From assembly GCA_051294905.1 (NCBI GenBank), contig CM119386.1, positions 7,564,001 to 7,628,000 of the forward strand: a stretch of 64,000 nt of DNA. Direction: 5' to 3'. Shown here piece by piece: positions 26,899 through 39,720 of this stretch. Position numbers and translations under genes: made by a program. The notes under the pieces are model-generated. The model was not told the origin of the DNA, made no database searches, and worked only from the letters and a program-made list of their open reading frames with translations. This DNA is from Botryllus schlosseri. Taxonomy: Eukaryota. Each line of letters opens with the position of its first letter. The first letter of the stretch is position 1.

Positions 26899-27487
26899 GT
26901 TACACAACATTTGTCCTGTGCGTAGCTTTTGTCAACATAGCACAAGTTATATTTACGACGTTATTGCTATCACTTCGAAGCTCCAATCTATACACTTCGA
27001 GCTAACTGACTAATATTGATTACCGCTTGATTCTTCCTTATGGTATGGCTGCATCGGTGTCAGTAAATCAAATATATCGGCATTGTTCGATATCATATTG
27101 GTTCCTGTCTCTCGTGTAAGTTTGCATGCACAATAAAATCAAGATACGAAATCATCCATCGTTATGCAACGTATTTCTACCGGTCTTTACGAAAACACAC
27201 TATCGGGAGAATCGCACTGACAAGGCGTAAGTCACCCATACCGGACGCAAATCTCGCAACAATGCGTCATCAGCATGTATCTTCTCTCAAATTGCATCGC
27301 AGCTCGTTCAATACCCGCGAGTTCAACGGCATCATACGCACCAACAGTCGGGTTATGACGTCGATAGCATTTTCCCTATTTCTCGGTTGACGTCACTCTG
27401 GACAACACATATCGATTGGACCCATTCAGCAGTACGGGAGTGTAAATCTATGTTGTGGCACTTACCCTACGACAATCAACTTCCATC

Positions 27488-27798
27488 GGTCCGTGGACAT
27501 ATGAGCAATTGAGCATGCGACATTTCAGCATGCGAGACTTCGGCATGCGACAATTTGGCATGCGACACATGAGCATGTGGGTTAAATTACGGGTTAGGGG
27601 TAGGTTAGGGTTGGATTTATGGTTGGGTTAGGGTTAGGTTTTAGGTTTGGTTAGGCTAGGTTAGGTTAGGTTAGGCTATGTTTCGGGTTAGGGTAAGTTT
27701 TTGGGTTATACAGTCATATGCTGAAGTGACGCATGCTGATGTGTTCCATGCTGAACTGTCGTTTTCCATTGTGTCGCATGCTCATATGTCGGGCAACC
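27488..27798. mobile_element. Foldback MITE (311 bp) with a degenerate (TTAGGG/TTAGG)n core; GG termini and an 8-bp TSD (Merlin/Mutator-like)
   Basis: Perfect TSD cttccatc at 27480-27487 and 27799-27806. Inverted gacatatgagca/tgctcatatgtc. About 15-bp gcatgcga subrepeats, inverted on the two arms. Telomere-like core at about 27582-27710. Confidence 0.85.
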
Positions 27799-28399
27799 CT
27801 TCCATCACCATCGCATGTGGCGCATGAACCAAATACTCCGATACGTATGCATGCGTAATGCATGGCGTGATGGCGTGATGGCGTGATGGAAAGTGCCTCT
27901 GACTTGATCTGCTCCCCTCGTCGGGTGAAAATATGAAAAAGCCGCCTAAATCTTCTCTTGTGTATGCGTTTGCGAAACTCCATTTAAATGTTTAACCGGG
28001 GCCCGGTTTAACCGCGTAATTTACATGTGGGACGGGGCCTACAATAACTTGAGTTCTCGTAGGCCCCGTGAAGGATTATAACAAAGTCATTGACGCTAAA
28101 ATTGAATGTATGTAAAACGGAGTCGCATTACTAAACATCCGATGTAGCAATATTGACGTTACCAGTGGAACAGCCTGGACAAAATTGTTGGGCGGGTTTA
28201 CCATGCACGAATTCTGTCACTATGTAAGAAAAACTTTTGTATATTTTAATGTCTGAAATGACCATAATATCAATAAATATATAGAACAAAAACTTGGAAG
28301 TCCGGGTCTCATAGAAATGCTGTATCACTGGAAACACATTCACGGCGTTACCCTTACGGAGGTTGTATATTAACATAGATACGATTTGGGTTGCACTTA

Positions 28400-28798
28400 T
28401 AAAAATCAATTTAAAACAAAGATGCTTAAAACAAGGCCCTAATTTAAAACATATTTTTATGGTATTTTTTTTTTTGGTTTGTTTTTTAAGCCATGGCGTC
28501 ATGAATATTCAATTGTGACGTCACAATAGATTGATATTGACAATTGAAAATATAGGGTAAATATAGCTCGACTATAACCGACTATTTTGAGGGTTTTTAC
28601 CATCCCATATCCATCTACGTCAGCTATATCGGGTGGTAATTGTCCGTAGGCTCATACAACATGTTTTTGGAGAGTATTTACCAATTATGGCATAATTTTA
28701 CAACTTAAATAAAACAAAATTTAAGAAAAAAGGCCTTTAAATAAAACACTGTTTAAAACACGTTTTAAACACATGTTTCAAATGCAACCCGAACCCTA
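28400..28798 (+). repeat. Dispersed repeat family C, copy 2
   Basis: Aligns to copy 1 and, inverted, to 54983-55680 (ttgtatgagcct.cgga..attaccacccg). Confidence 0.75.
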
Positions 28799-29969
28799 GA
28801 TACGATGCAAGCAACCCAATGGCCGTAAACCGCACAACAATTCATCGATCTAAAGATATATGTTCCAATGGAGTTACCTTTCACCCAGTAAGCATTATTC
28901 AAATAGCTTGTCCGTGGTCAGGGCCGTAACAGCACTTCGTTAGCCCCCCTTCCAAAAATACGTAGGTCTTTGGCCCCCTATATGGTCATAAACTGAACTT
29001 CTGGGGGGCATTGCCCCAAGACCCCCTCAGCCTATACGCTGTTTACCGCTACTGATCTGCTACATTGGGTGTCCGTTTAGTGAGGCAGGTTTTCTAGCCT
29101 AAACGCGCGAAGGTGCACGTGTTTCCGGAAATGCTATCGATATGAACGTTGATGCCACTCAACTACCGCTAGTGTCAGATCAAGTTACAATTACAAGTAA
29201 ACGAAATGATACCCCAATTTACGTCGAGAACAGAAAGAGCTTGGAAATTGTCCACGAGTAGAGTGTGAATCTGCTAGATGAGACGTTTTCACTGAGGGAG
29301 GGATGTAGAGGGACCAGGTCTGTCATACATTTTTAGGGATCTTAAAATGCCGCTGAAGGCGGTCAGCGTGATGCAGCTTTTGTGAACAATATAATGATCT
29401 CACTGATGACAATTGCAGAACCTGCAAATGTGATTGAGAGTCTGGAACTGTTATCAGCAAGTTTCTAGTTTGATGTCTGCACCGTACGGCAATATCCGGT
29501 ATAGAAGAGACGATATTTCTTTTTATCTGAAAGCGTCGTGTGGATAACCTACTTTTTGTTTGTTCTTGACAACTTTCGGAAGCTAACTCGCAGGTGCATT
29601 GATCATTTAATAATTATACTGACACATGTATACGTAAATCTCCCCGCTTCGTAATCTATGCTCTTGCTCCACGAAGGTTTGATTTGGACACACAGCGAAA
29701 GTTGAGAAGATCTAAGCTACTATGCGTAGATTAGCAATATATGTATCCCATGTTTTGCCTATCTCCGCCTGTTTCTTTTTAGAATATGTAACAGTATATC
29801 GATTTGATCATGCAAGGACTTCGGAAGTAACGCAACATGTCCTATACAGCCTCCACAGGTGATTTTCGAGCTCCCATCAGGGAATTTGTCTGCCTCGGGC
29901 CCCAGGGTCAAGTTTTAACCGAATGTTGCCCCCTATTGTATTTTAGAGCAGAACTATTCTATATTCTTA

Positions 29970-30110
29970 ACACCTAGGCCCACGTGGGCATGGGTCTCTC
30001 GTCTTAAAGACTATTCCAAGTCGTTTCGACACGATCCAATCTTTTCATTGTATCGCAGTCTTCTGGTGTTCTGAAATGACGAAATTTTAATAATAAACTG
30101 AACTGAACGG
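29970..30110 (-). repeat. Dispersed repeat family B, copy 1
   Basis: aagtcgtttcgacac...atcttttcattg.atcgcagtctt.tggtgtt is the reverse complement of 38450-38590. Confidence 0.75.
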
Positions 30111-30357
30111 TAAAATCTATCACTGCACACCCGGTCTTTTAAATGCCAGCTTCCCTGTTGATTGGGACACGAGTCGTTAATTCAACATCATAGGCAGATC
30201 GATCCCCGTCAGGCCATCGCTTCATTCCACATTGGATCGATTGTGTTCTGAACATCATATTTTCCAATAATAAATAAAATAGTGAATTGTTTTATATAGA
30301 TCAATTCTGAGCACCAAGAATTTCTGTCTGCGAACCAGTCCTGAATCGAACATTGAA

Positions 30358-30358
30358 T

Positions 30359-30391
<33 letters not shown>

Positions 30392-30429
30392 GAAGGTAGA
30401 GAGAGAGAGAGAGAGAGGGGAGAGAGAGA
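30358..30429. repeat. (GA)n microsatellite, interrupted
   Basis: About 70 bp of GA dinucleotides. Confidence 0.97.
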
Positions 30430-31635
30430 AGTATACTCCTGGCGATGCGAGAAGGATATAATTACAATCATAATTCACGATTGTATGATATTTTATGATA
30501 TTGATAGAAATATATAATCATATACTCCAGTGGGCATTGCGCAAAGGGCATTCCTGAAAATCAATCGTGTAGTGTATTTGGAGAGCGCGGAGATGTGTCG
30601 TTGTTTGTTTCCCATCGGAATATTAACCACACCTCTAAATTTTGGTTATTATGAATTTTATTTGTATTGTTCGATGTAACACGTTGAACTCGTGTCGACA
30701 CCTTGCCCGTCCAGGTGCTATTGCGGATGGTATTTAGCAATCTTGCGCATGAAATGTAAATTGAATTGTAGTCGAATCAAGATGGATGCAGCCAACAGTT
30801 CACATAGGACCGCAAATAATCTATTTATGGGACCTATACCGCATAAGTTATACTTTATAAAGTTACTCGTATAACGGTTGTACTGATCAGTACAAACCGG
30901 AGTGGGAGTAATACACGATTAGATATACTTCATACAGCTATTCTCTACTTCATAACTGCAATTAGCGTTGGTGTATATCTATTTATATATATATAGCAAC
31001 TTAGATTTACCACGCCCAATGCAACCGCGTGGTGCCAGAATAAGAAGGTGGCATAATAAATCCTTTCTTTATAGGTATTTCAATTTTTATTTATTCATCT
31101 CTATTAGCCATACTATGTAGAGCCATTTACAAAGAGTAACGCTCGATAATAAGTGATCCAATTCGCATGCAATCGAATTGAAACCTGGCCCTTGTGTTTA
31201 CCGTGTCACGCCAGTTAAAATGTAGAATCTTTATTATTTTCGGTTAGAACAAATATCGATTCAGAGTTCTGTGTGGTTCAATACCACTCCACACAAATAT
31301 TTCCATCACTTTTAGTTAAGCGAGATATAGTTGCATTAAACTTTGTGAAAATTCGTCTCGCGTGTGGCTTCGCACCATTAGAGCCGGGAAGTCAAACATA
31401 TTCACCGTTTACAAGTTTCAAGTATTCGCCGCATCCCAATACACCTGTGACCTTTCAGCTCACCTGAATAATAACGCTTCCGCAACGTAACAGAGAGCAA
31501 TGGGATTGCGTTATATCGTTATCATCATCTGCCAACCGTTCTCGGAAGTCTACACCAATTACAAATTAACGTCAATAGCGTTAGATTGAAAAAGGAAGCA
31601 TGTGGATTATAGGTAATATTAAATTATCGACTACT

Positions 31636-32184
31636 CAGGGTTGTAATTACTCGACTCGAGTCCTACTCGAGTCACGAGTTTTTGGTGACTCAACTTGACT
31701 CGAGTATTTTTTTTTCAAATGCGTAAAATGACTCGACTCGAGTCAATTTGTGTACTGACTCGACTTGTCATATGACTCGAGACTAGAACGGTCAAGTTCA
31801 AAGCAGACATTTCATTGTAACTTCGTAGAAGAGTAAAGTCACCACATTATTGTATTTCATCTATCAATCCTGATACTTGGAAAATACGACCAGAAAATGT
31901 TAGGACTGAGGCAAATTACGACATGATGAATGCCAACCATTCTATATCACTCGAGAAGAGTTGAAAAGGTGGACTGAACCCGATTGAACTCAAAACTGAA
32001 TAGTAAACACAATGACTTGGACTCGAGTCACAGCGCTAGGACTCGGACTCGACCCTCTACTTATTGAGTTGGACTTGGACGTGACTCTGTGGTGAATGAA
32101 AAATCACTCGACTTGACCCGAGTCAAAACTATAAAAGTGAGATTGACTTGTGACTTGGAACCTTGTGACTTGGTGACAACCCTG
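31636..32184. mobile_element. hAT-type MITE (549 bp)
   Basis: TIR cagggttgt / acaaccctg, eroded TSD cgactact / cgatcact, many gactcgagtc subterminal repeats. Confidence 0.82.
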
Positions 32185-32329
32185 CGATCACTGCATCTGG
32201 TTCGCTATATGGAGATGGATCTTCAAAGAATGTAGATAGGCCCGGGTAGACTCACTACAATATAATTACATAGCAGTTGGGGTGTAAAGTGTGATAGAAA
32301 TGTACATTGCACACCGAGTTGGTCAAAGT

Positions 32330-32991
32330 AGTTCGTTGGTACTCAAATAGTATTAGAAGAAGCGTCGCAAATTTCTAATCAATTACAAGTAGAAGTGGAG
32401 ATTTCTAAGACATGTCCAAACTATACTTCAAGTAGAAATGTGGAAAATGAAGCTCGAAACGATGCATACTTCTAGTGGTCGATCGAAAGTGGCTACCTTA
32501 GAAATTGTATTTTCAAGATGCATCTTCGGAACTAACACAAAATGACTACTAACGTCACTACAAGTTGGTACAATTTTCGGGATTATATTCAGTTACCGTC
32601 ATGCCCGGGCTATTTCGCCCAGTTGTTAATACAATTTCAAATATCTAGTCTCCTCTAGTCCGTGTAAGCGATGTCTTATAAAAGCCTAGAAAGGGGCCGT
32701 GCTACAAAGTCGGCAGCTACGGAATGAAAATTATGCAAATTAGCCTTGTGTAAATGACCATAGTCGAAAAACACCATGAATACCACAAACAACAACAATT
32801 TCACTCAAAAACGCGATGAAGACGTCTGCCTATAGTACTTTCTACTATCAAAATACAAAGTCTAAAAACGAAGAAGCTTTTGCTCAAGTATAAGTGGAAG
32901 TAGTTAAAAACATAACCACTTGTAGTGCAAGTAGACAAAACCTACTTGAGTACTTCAAAAAGTAGAAGTACTTCGTTAATGGCCGCCTCTG
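32330..32991. mobile_element. Degenerate DNA-transposon derivative with aagtagaagt-rich end (right end ...ggccgcctctg)
   Basis: The terminal ~130 bp are shared with 45120-45252 (...ccagcgcctctg). Left end not resolved. Confidence 0.45.
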
Positions 32992-35231
32992 ATTGTAAGT
33001 TCATTCATTCATTCATGCAGAATGTCTATAGGGGTGGTCAACATTTCTGCCATTGACAGCCGCATTACGTCGTACGGTCGGTCGATCGCGATTGAACGGC
33101 CGTAAAAGCGCGTTAAAATATATCAGCTAGCTCCATGTCACTGGCAATGATCGCCGGGGTGATTAGCATCCCACACATCTCTTGTCATCTCTTTGCCGGC
33201 TTACGTTCGGCTGTTTTCTAGTACAATACCTTAGCATATTTGCATATTACATAAAGCAAACAATGCAACGACCTCCACGCACACAAACCCCGAGCATCGG
33301 CATTTGCGGGCTGGACATCATCAGCTCCCTCATTTCATATAGATTTTACCTAGGAAACTTATTATTGCCAGCATTCCGTATATAAATTACTTACCAACTT
33401 TTATACAATTTATCAGCTAATCAGCATTAATAGATGATTAGTAGTTTTGGTGGGGCCTCTATCCTATTCTCGTTGACTGTCATTTGTCACCACTCGGAAA
33501 TTGTCTGTAACGTAGTACAAAGTTAACGGTGCTTGTAGATCAGTACACCATGTATGGAATTCAGGAGCTGTGAACTCTCGCCCAAGTAGGGTAATACGAA
33601 ATGAAAACGATAGCTCAGCTCATAAAGTGGATATATTCACGACAGAAATATGAAAGTACTTCCTTTTTTCCACTGTGACCTGTGACGCCATATAGTATGT
33701 TTTTCAGATGACTTGAAATTCAATTGAACACTGTAAACAAGGCCTAAACGTTCATTCCAAATGATTGATAGCGACTGATGGCTATACTCACAAGTAATCA
33801 TAATGCCAGATACATAGTTGGTAGCATGTAAAGACTGGAGAACAGCGAACTCCAGACAGAATCTTGAGCAAAGCGCGCATAATTTTCCAGCGAATCAAGT
33901 TCTTAAATTGCGGTGTCGTTTTATTTCTCTGTATGCCGCTGACCATAGTGAATTTGAATGACATGCTTGACCGCCGCAGAATTGTCTTTCGCAGCTTCAG
34001 GTTACATGAACAGTTGAACGCCACTGATCCACACTATCTGTTTCGTATAGCCAAGTGTCACGGTTCGTTTACGACTGTGAAGTGTACTCGCTATAGCGAT
34101 ATCATCCTGCTTGATCTAAAATCTCAATTTCCCGTGTTGTGACAATTTTGACAATCTCACGGCTTTAACCTTTCAGTGAATACAAATCTGTATACATATT
34201 GTACCAGGTGTATCTGTCTGGGCAAATGCATAAGGAAATGGTGTGGCGGGAAAGCAAAATGTTTAGGGGATTGACCGAAATTGGAATCAGTGAAATATGA
34301 CATTACTTCTTCGCGAGAATCATCTTGTATACTGCGGCTATGGAGCAAATATGCTGTTGTTGTTGCTGTTTGTGGTATTCATGGTGTTTTCTACCGTTTG
34401 CGAATTTAGGTGTTGCGAAAATAGAGTCATGTGATCCGAACTATCATATGTTCTGTTTAGGGCTGATAATAAAGCATTTGACTGAAGCACAAAGGTATGG
34501 AATAGGAGGTTACATTTTGGAATCATTAAGCTGGTCCGGCCCGCAAGCGATCAAAAGGTTCGAATCCGGTCCGCATAGTTGTGTAAATTGCAGGTCAAAT
34601 TACAAGCGCCACCCAAATCGGAGTTATATTTATATCTCGCAGCCTGAGCCTCACACACGTCTTAAGAAATGCATTTCTAAACATTACATGCTACGTTTTT
34701 ATGGGCGTGTATGGAATAGAGGAAGTGCAGGCAACCGGCTGTAGAACGATACGCAGTTCTATGGAACATGATTTATTACAAAAAGAGTCAGTGATTCAGT
34801 GTGGTTGATGTCAGCGAAAATTTCTCGGTCAGAGTATTTTTACTCCACGACTCTATTCTATTGGGCGCTAAGCGTAGACTACATCAATGGTTTCCAACCT
34901 TTTTCAAGCTCACGAATCGTATGCATTAGCACTACGCAATGGTTTTACAAAAGCACGCATTGAACAAGAATATGCGTACTCAGCAAGGTTGCTATGACTT
35001 GCATCAGCGCTTGTAATGTCGGTGGTTTAACCGCAGCAAGTCGGATATTAATTCTACCTCCCTCGCCACCCTAACAAACAGTACTAATATTCGTAAGCTA
35101 GAGAGCTCTAGCTAGACTAACCAAATGTCATGGAAATCTGGCTATGACATTAAACCAACTTGTGTAATACACGGCTGGGCAGGGACACACTTTACGAACA
35201 AGCCGTACTGTCGTTACAGCTTGCCGGCACT

Positions 35232-35544
35232 TGCCACTTGTACTCATTGGTTGGTCCGGCACAGTGGACTTGGGAACAGTACAAAGTATCTACAGAATAG
35301 ATCTCGCGAAGACTTTTATTTTATTTGTTTGGAAGAAACAAATAATGGGTATATGAAAAGATTGCCCTGGTGCGGCCGTGACCAAGAGTGCCACTTGTAC
35401 TCATTGGTTGGTCCGGCACAGTGGACTTGGGAACAGTACAAAGTATCTACAGAATAGATCTCGCGAAGACTTTTATTTTATTTGTTTGGAAGAAACAAAT
35501 AATGGGTATATGAAAAGATTGCCCTGGTGCGGCCGTGACCAAGA
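35232..35544 (+). repeat. Perfect head-to-tail duplication of 156 bp (35232-35387 and 35389-35544)
   Basis: The two units read identical base for base and are separated by one G. Confidence 0.95.
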
Positions 35545-35770
35545 TTCCTACAGCCTACCATTCGCTGCCCCTATATTTCGACAACCACTGGACTATAACA
35601 AGCATATTATGATATCATTTCGCAAGTATTTCGAACGTGTAGTATATGAAAACGATTTGCTATTGTATGTAGCCGAGCCTGTTTCTACATTTTTCAACAG
35701 GCTAACAAGAGTGGGGGAGTCGAGACGCATATCCTTTGTGAGTCATTGGGAGGTAAGAGATGAATAACCT
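35232..35770 (+). pseudogene. L1/Tx1-like reverse transcriptase remnant
   Basis: Ordered RT motifs IDLAKTF (DxxKAFD), RDQDSYSLPFAAPIFRQPL (RQGxPLSPxLF..EPL) and YENDLLLYVAEP (YADDxLLY). Confidence 0.6.
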
Positions 35771-35849
35771 GTCGCATAGGCGCGCCCTCTGTTCCACTCG
35801 AAACGATGATATGTTTACTCTTCACTGTGCTCGGTTTGTTAAATTGGGA

Positions 35850-36800
35850 ATGTTTGCTTTCTAGATATCTAGTAGGAATACTGTAATATCATCAAGTCGG
35901 GCTACACCATTGGTCATATTTCTTCAATAAATTCTCCTTAGTGTTGGGTGGGTAATGGTTATCTGGAGAGTCTACAAACACTTTGCGCTATTGGTGGCGA
36001 TTCTTCGAAAAAACTATTGCAAAAAGACCTTACCAAAACTTGAATTAATTGAAGCTGTCCCGGCAGTTGTCGGAAAACAACACCGTGATGATACTTGACA
36101 TTTCTTGTGACACATGCATATATTTGATAGTTTGAAACAAATTACATCCAGTGGTAAACTAATTCTAAACTGACTTTTTTACCTACAAAACCAGGTGTGC
36201 ATTGGTTATTTGCATTTAAATAAGTAATGAGATCGATAGCTTCATGAAAACCAATCATTCGAGCCGATATTTATCTCCAACCGTGATTTATGCGAGCCAC
36301 AGCATGAATAATGCATTTACTGGCTCAATATTGAGGCGCGCTTTCATGATTTGAATATGGTATAAGTTCAGTTGTAAATGGGTACAGCATACAAACACTC
36401 GAAATTAAGCAACGGTTTCGATTGGTATGATCGCGGTATATCTTTCGTTAAGGATTTAGTTGACCAAGTCGACCTGTGCTTACTTTAACAGATATAGTAT
36501 ATTACAGATGACAAAGAATACCGTTACGATTTATTTTATGGCATTGGTGGTTATTGAAGCATCCAAATTTATCGCTATTAGCTGCAGAATTGCGACAATG
36601 ATTGCAGACCTTGCTTGTAATGTAACCATACTGCTGGGTACACATACCGCTGCGAAATCAAAGACGATATTTGGTTTTATATAGTCGTCGATTGTACGTG
36701 ATATTATCCCACTTGGCATAATTTACACAGGCTCAGTGTCACGACTTTATTGTGTTACTAACGTTAGGAAGTATCTTGTGAATTTACAGTCATTCTTGTA
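35850..36800 (-). pseudogene. Decayed CR1/L2-like ORF2 (endonuclease-RT linker)
   Basis: Weak remnants NSFF.. and GLDDI-like on the minus strand, with many stops and frameshifts. Confidence 0.35.
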
Positions 36801-37012
36801 ACCATGTCTTTGGATGAATAATTTGCTTTACTCATCTCTCTCCTTCGTATGGAAAATTACGGCCATTTGAAAAAGACAGTTGAATATGGAATGTGCTCGC
36901 AGCGCCCAGCTGTCATTTCGAATGATTGGAGTAAGAGAAATCACGCTCTCGCCTCGAACCAGAATTTGATCAATCGAAATAAGTATTGATCTGATAGCCA
37001 AGACTTAGACGG

Positions 37013-37801
37013 CAGGGGTGTCAAACTCAACTTGCGTCGCGGGACGGATTCGAACCTTCAAATCGCACGCGGGCCGCACCAGTAAAATAATTCCGAAATA
37101 TTACCTTAAAATTCATGCCCTTATTTTTCATTTGAATACTTTATTATTATCAAGTCATTACACAAATCAGTACAGAAGATTACGGATCATATGGTTCTAT
37201 TCTGGCTACACCATTATTCGCAAACAATGGAATTGGCAACAATACGATGTCTGGACCGGGCTGGCGAACACAGTCATAAACCGCAGAACAGTGACTCTAA
37301 CGATGATATAAGTTGTCATAGTTCTATACTGCCTCCGTTTTAGTCTTATGCTGCCGTCAACGTTGCGTATGCGTTGTGACGAATACTGGAATACAAGAGA
37401 TTTATCTGTAAATGAGGACGTTGGAACTTGCTTCATGATTAAATCGCGATTCGGGTTTCTATCGAGGCCGGGAAATTTTGCAGCAGTGCGACCACCGATA
37501 TATAAAACTCTGAACTCTGTATGCACTTTTTGCCCTTTCGGAATTGGGTGTCAATGTTAGCTAATTGTTCGTAATAGTGACTAGATTGAAACCACCACAC
37601 AGTTGTCGGATGGTTCTAATGTGGCCCGATAACATTTCTCTACATTTGCAGTCTGATGTGATTGTTCAGTGGCAGTAGTTCTTACTAAAATCCAAACATT
37701 TGTTAGAAATGTACTAGATAATACACGCATTTTCAATCAACTCATAACTGCCTCGCGGGCCGGATGAAATCGTCTGGCGGGCCGGATGTTTGACACCCCT
37801 G
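37013..37801. mobile_element. Non-autonomous hAT (Charlie-like) element (789 bp)
   Basis: 14-bp TIR caggggtgtcaaac / gtttgacacccctg and gcgggccg subterminal motifs. The TSD is not cleanly preserved. Confidence 0.85.
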
Positions 37802-38449
37802 ACTTGGAGAGACAATGTAATTCCACCCTCGATCAAGTATCAGTCCTTATATCATTGATGATTCGGCAATTGTTAGCCTACTAGTTTCCCTATCAACGAG
37901 ATTTACTAAGCAATCGATTTTCCTTGATAGTTGTCAATTGATTCCATGGAAAATTTTAATCAACATATTTCTTCTAAGATATTTGTGGAGACGGAGCTTC
38001 AGAATTGGTCGGGTGCTATAGTCGTTTTTGCTTCCGGAAACCAAGTGCTTTATATATCAGGAAGTCATTGTGTGAATAATTTTGCACCTAGACAATGATG
38101 CGTGTCACTGCCGAAACTGTGTATACCCCCTATTGTTCAATCTGTGCGCGGATAGACGTGCCAATAATGTTGCGTCCACAACCCTACGCCGTCCTGCTGA
38201 AATTTATGCACAATCGCAACAAAGATGTTTCCTCGTCTAGTCGGCAACCCACAAAAATTGGAATGTGATTATAAACTTATACCTAAGTTCCTTCGGACTT
38301 CATCTTGGTTTCGTCTGGCGCTTTTTGCCTCAATTCACGTATACATTTCAGAACAAATAAATAAATAAGTGGATCTGCGAAAAACCTTACAGGCAAAATT
38401 TACTTCGGCGGGATTTGCGCCCGAATTGGAAAGTAGCTTTATGAATACT

Positions 38450-38640
38450 TACAGTATCGGTATCAGTTTATTCATAATTTCATTATCTCAAAACACCACA
38501 AGACTGCGATGCAATGAAAAGATGGGAAGGTGTCGAAACGACTTTGGAGTAGTCTGTGAAATCAGACACCCACCTGGGCCTAGTCGATGTAAAGAGGAGG
38601 CATGCACACTGAAAGAAGAGTAAAAGAAGAAAATGTAAAA
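38450..38640 (+). repeat. Dispersed repeat family B, copy 2
   Basis: ccacaagactgcgatgcaatgaaaagatgggaaggtgtcgaaacgactttggagtagtc. Confidence 0.75.
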
Positions 38641-39042
38641 GGACAGGCGACAAAATGAGCTGGCATGTGACGGAAGGCGAGATCGATATATTGTTAGGTC
38701 GTGGTCCGGTAAATTTGTGGGCTGACAAGTATTCATTCAGTAAAAATTGCTTGTATTTCGACATGTGGACATGCTCGACGACTGTTGGATAGCTGGCGAG
38801 CTGTTCCCCACTTCAGGTCCGGCATAATTGAAAATTATAAATCAATGGTTATTCCAATGACATCAGCACCGGGAGCATCAGGAGACTTGTCGTACTATAT
38901 TGTAGACTACTTCGATTAGAGGACTTCCCTTTAGCTAAATAATTACGCGATTATTGGCCGCATTTCATTTCTTCGTGCGCCACTACTGACCATGGTGCAA
39001 AAGACAAACAGGTGATAAGAGCCAAATTTTCGTTCAATAAAC

Positions 39043-39074
39043 AGCAGCAGCAGCAGCAGCAACAACAACAACAA
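39043..39074. repeat. Compound (CAG)n(CAA)n microsatellite
   Basis: cagcagcagcagcagcagcaacaacaacaacaa. Confidence 0.9.
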
Positions 39075-39149
39075 GGGTTGAGATGGTAAATTGATGTCGT
39101 GATGGGTCCGAAGAAGTCTTATAGATCCGACAGTAAGGGAAAAGCGTCT

Positions 39150-39220
39150 TCACCCGCGCCCTCGTATATTGTGACGTCAACAGCACCCACCACGTATGTT
39201 GGGCCAGTGACGTCATGCCA
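39150..39220. promoter_or_regulatory. Candidate promoter with twin CRE (TGACGTCA at 39172 and 39208) and a GC-box-like ccgcgccc
   Basis: Two perfect palindromic CREs 36 bp apart in non-repetitive sequence. Confidence 0.4.
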
Positions 39221-39524
39221 TTGTTTGAAAGTTTCCCCTCACGAATTTTCATTCTGGCTACAAACTTTCCTTTTTGAAACCGGCCGTTCTCCCGAACTAC
39301 AGTACTTCGATAGAATGGGTTAAGTATTTTTGTTATTGGAATATATGCGTAGCGACTAAAATTTTCGTGTCGCACTCGTTGATGAAATACTGCCTTTGCT
39401 ACGCTGACGCCTGAGTAGGCTACTTCCCCGAGTTGGGCTCAAGTTGTAACTCGTATACGCCACCGCGTGGATACATATTTTTCAGCAATATTTCGAGTTG
39501 ACGTACTCAATCCGAGTCAGTTCA

Positions 39525-39720
39525 TAGTTCAGTTTGTTATCAAATTTTTATCCAATCAATACGCCACAAGATTGTGATAGAATGAAAAGATAGGAATGTG
39601 CCGAAACGACTTGGAGTAGTCTTTAAATCAGACACTAACCTTGGCCTAGGGCCTGGGCCTATATGCGAAGTAAAGAGGAGGTAGCCTATATGCACAGTGC
39701 ACACTGAATTAAAGACTAAT
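39525..39720 (+). repeat. Dispersed repeat family B, copy 3
   Basis: ccacaagattgtgatagaatgaaaagataggaatgtgccgaaacgacttggagtagtc, a direct copy about 1.06 kb after copy 2. Confidence 0.75.

Noticed and set aside
27582-27710. Interstitial telomere as a chromosome-fusion scar
   Set aside because: The repeats are in one orientation only and sit inside a TIR- and TSD-bounded 311-bp element, which indicates transposition.
39034-39323. PolyQ or polyA coding exon from the CAG/CAA tract
   Set aside because: No consistent acceptor, donor and frame for a coding exon; treated as a non-coding microsatellite.
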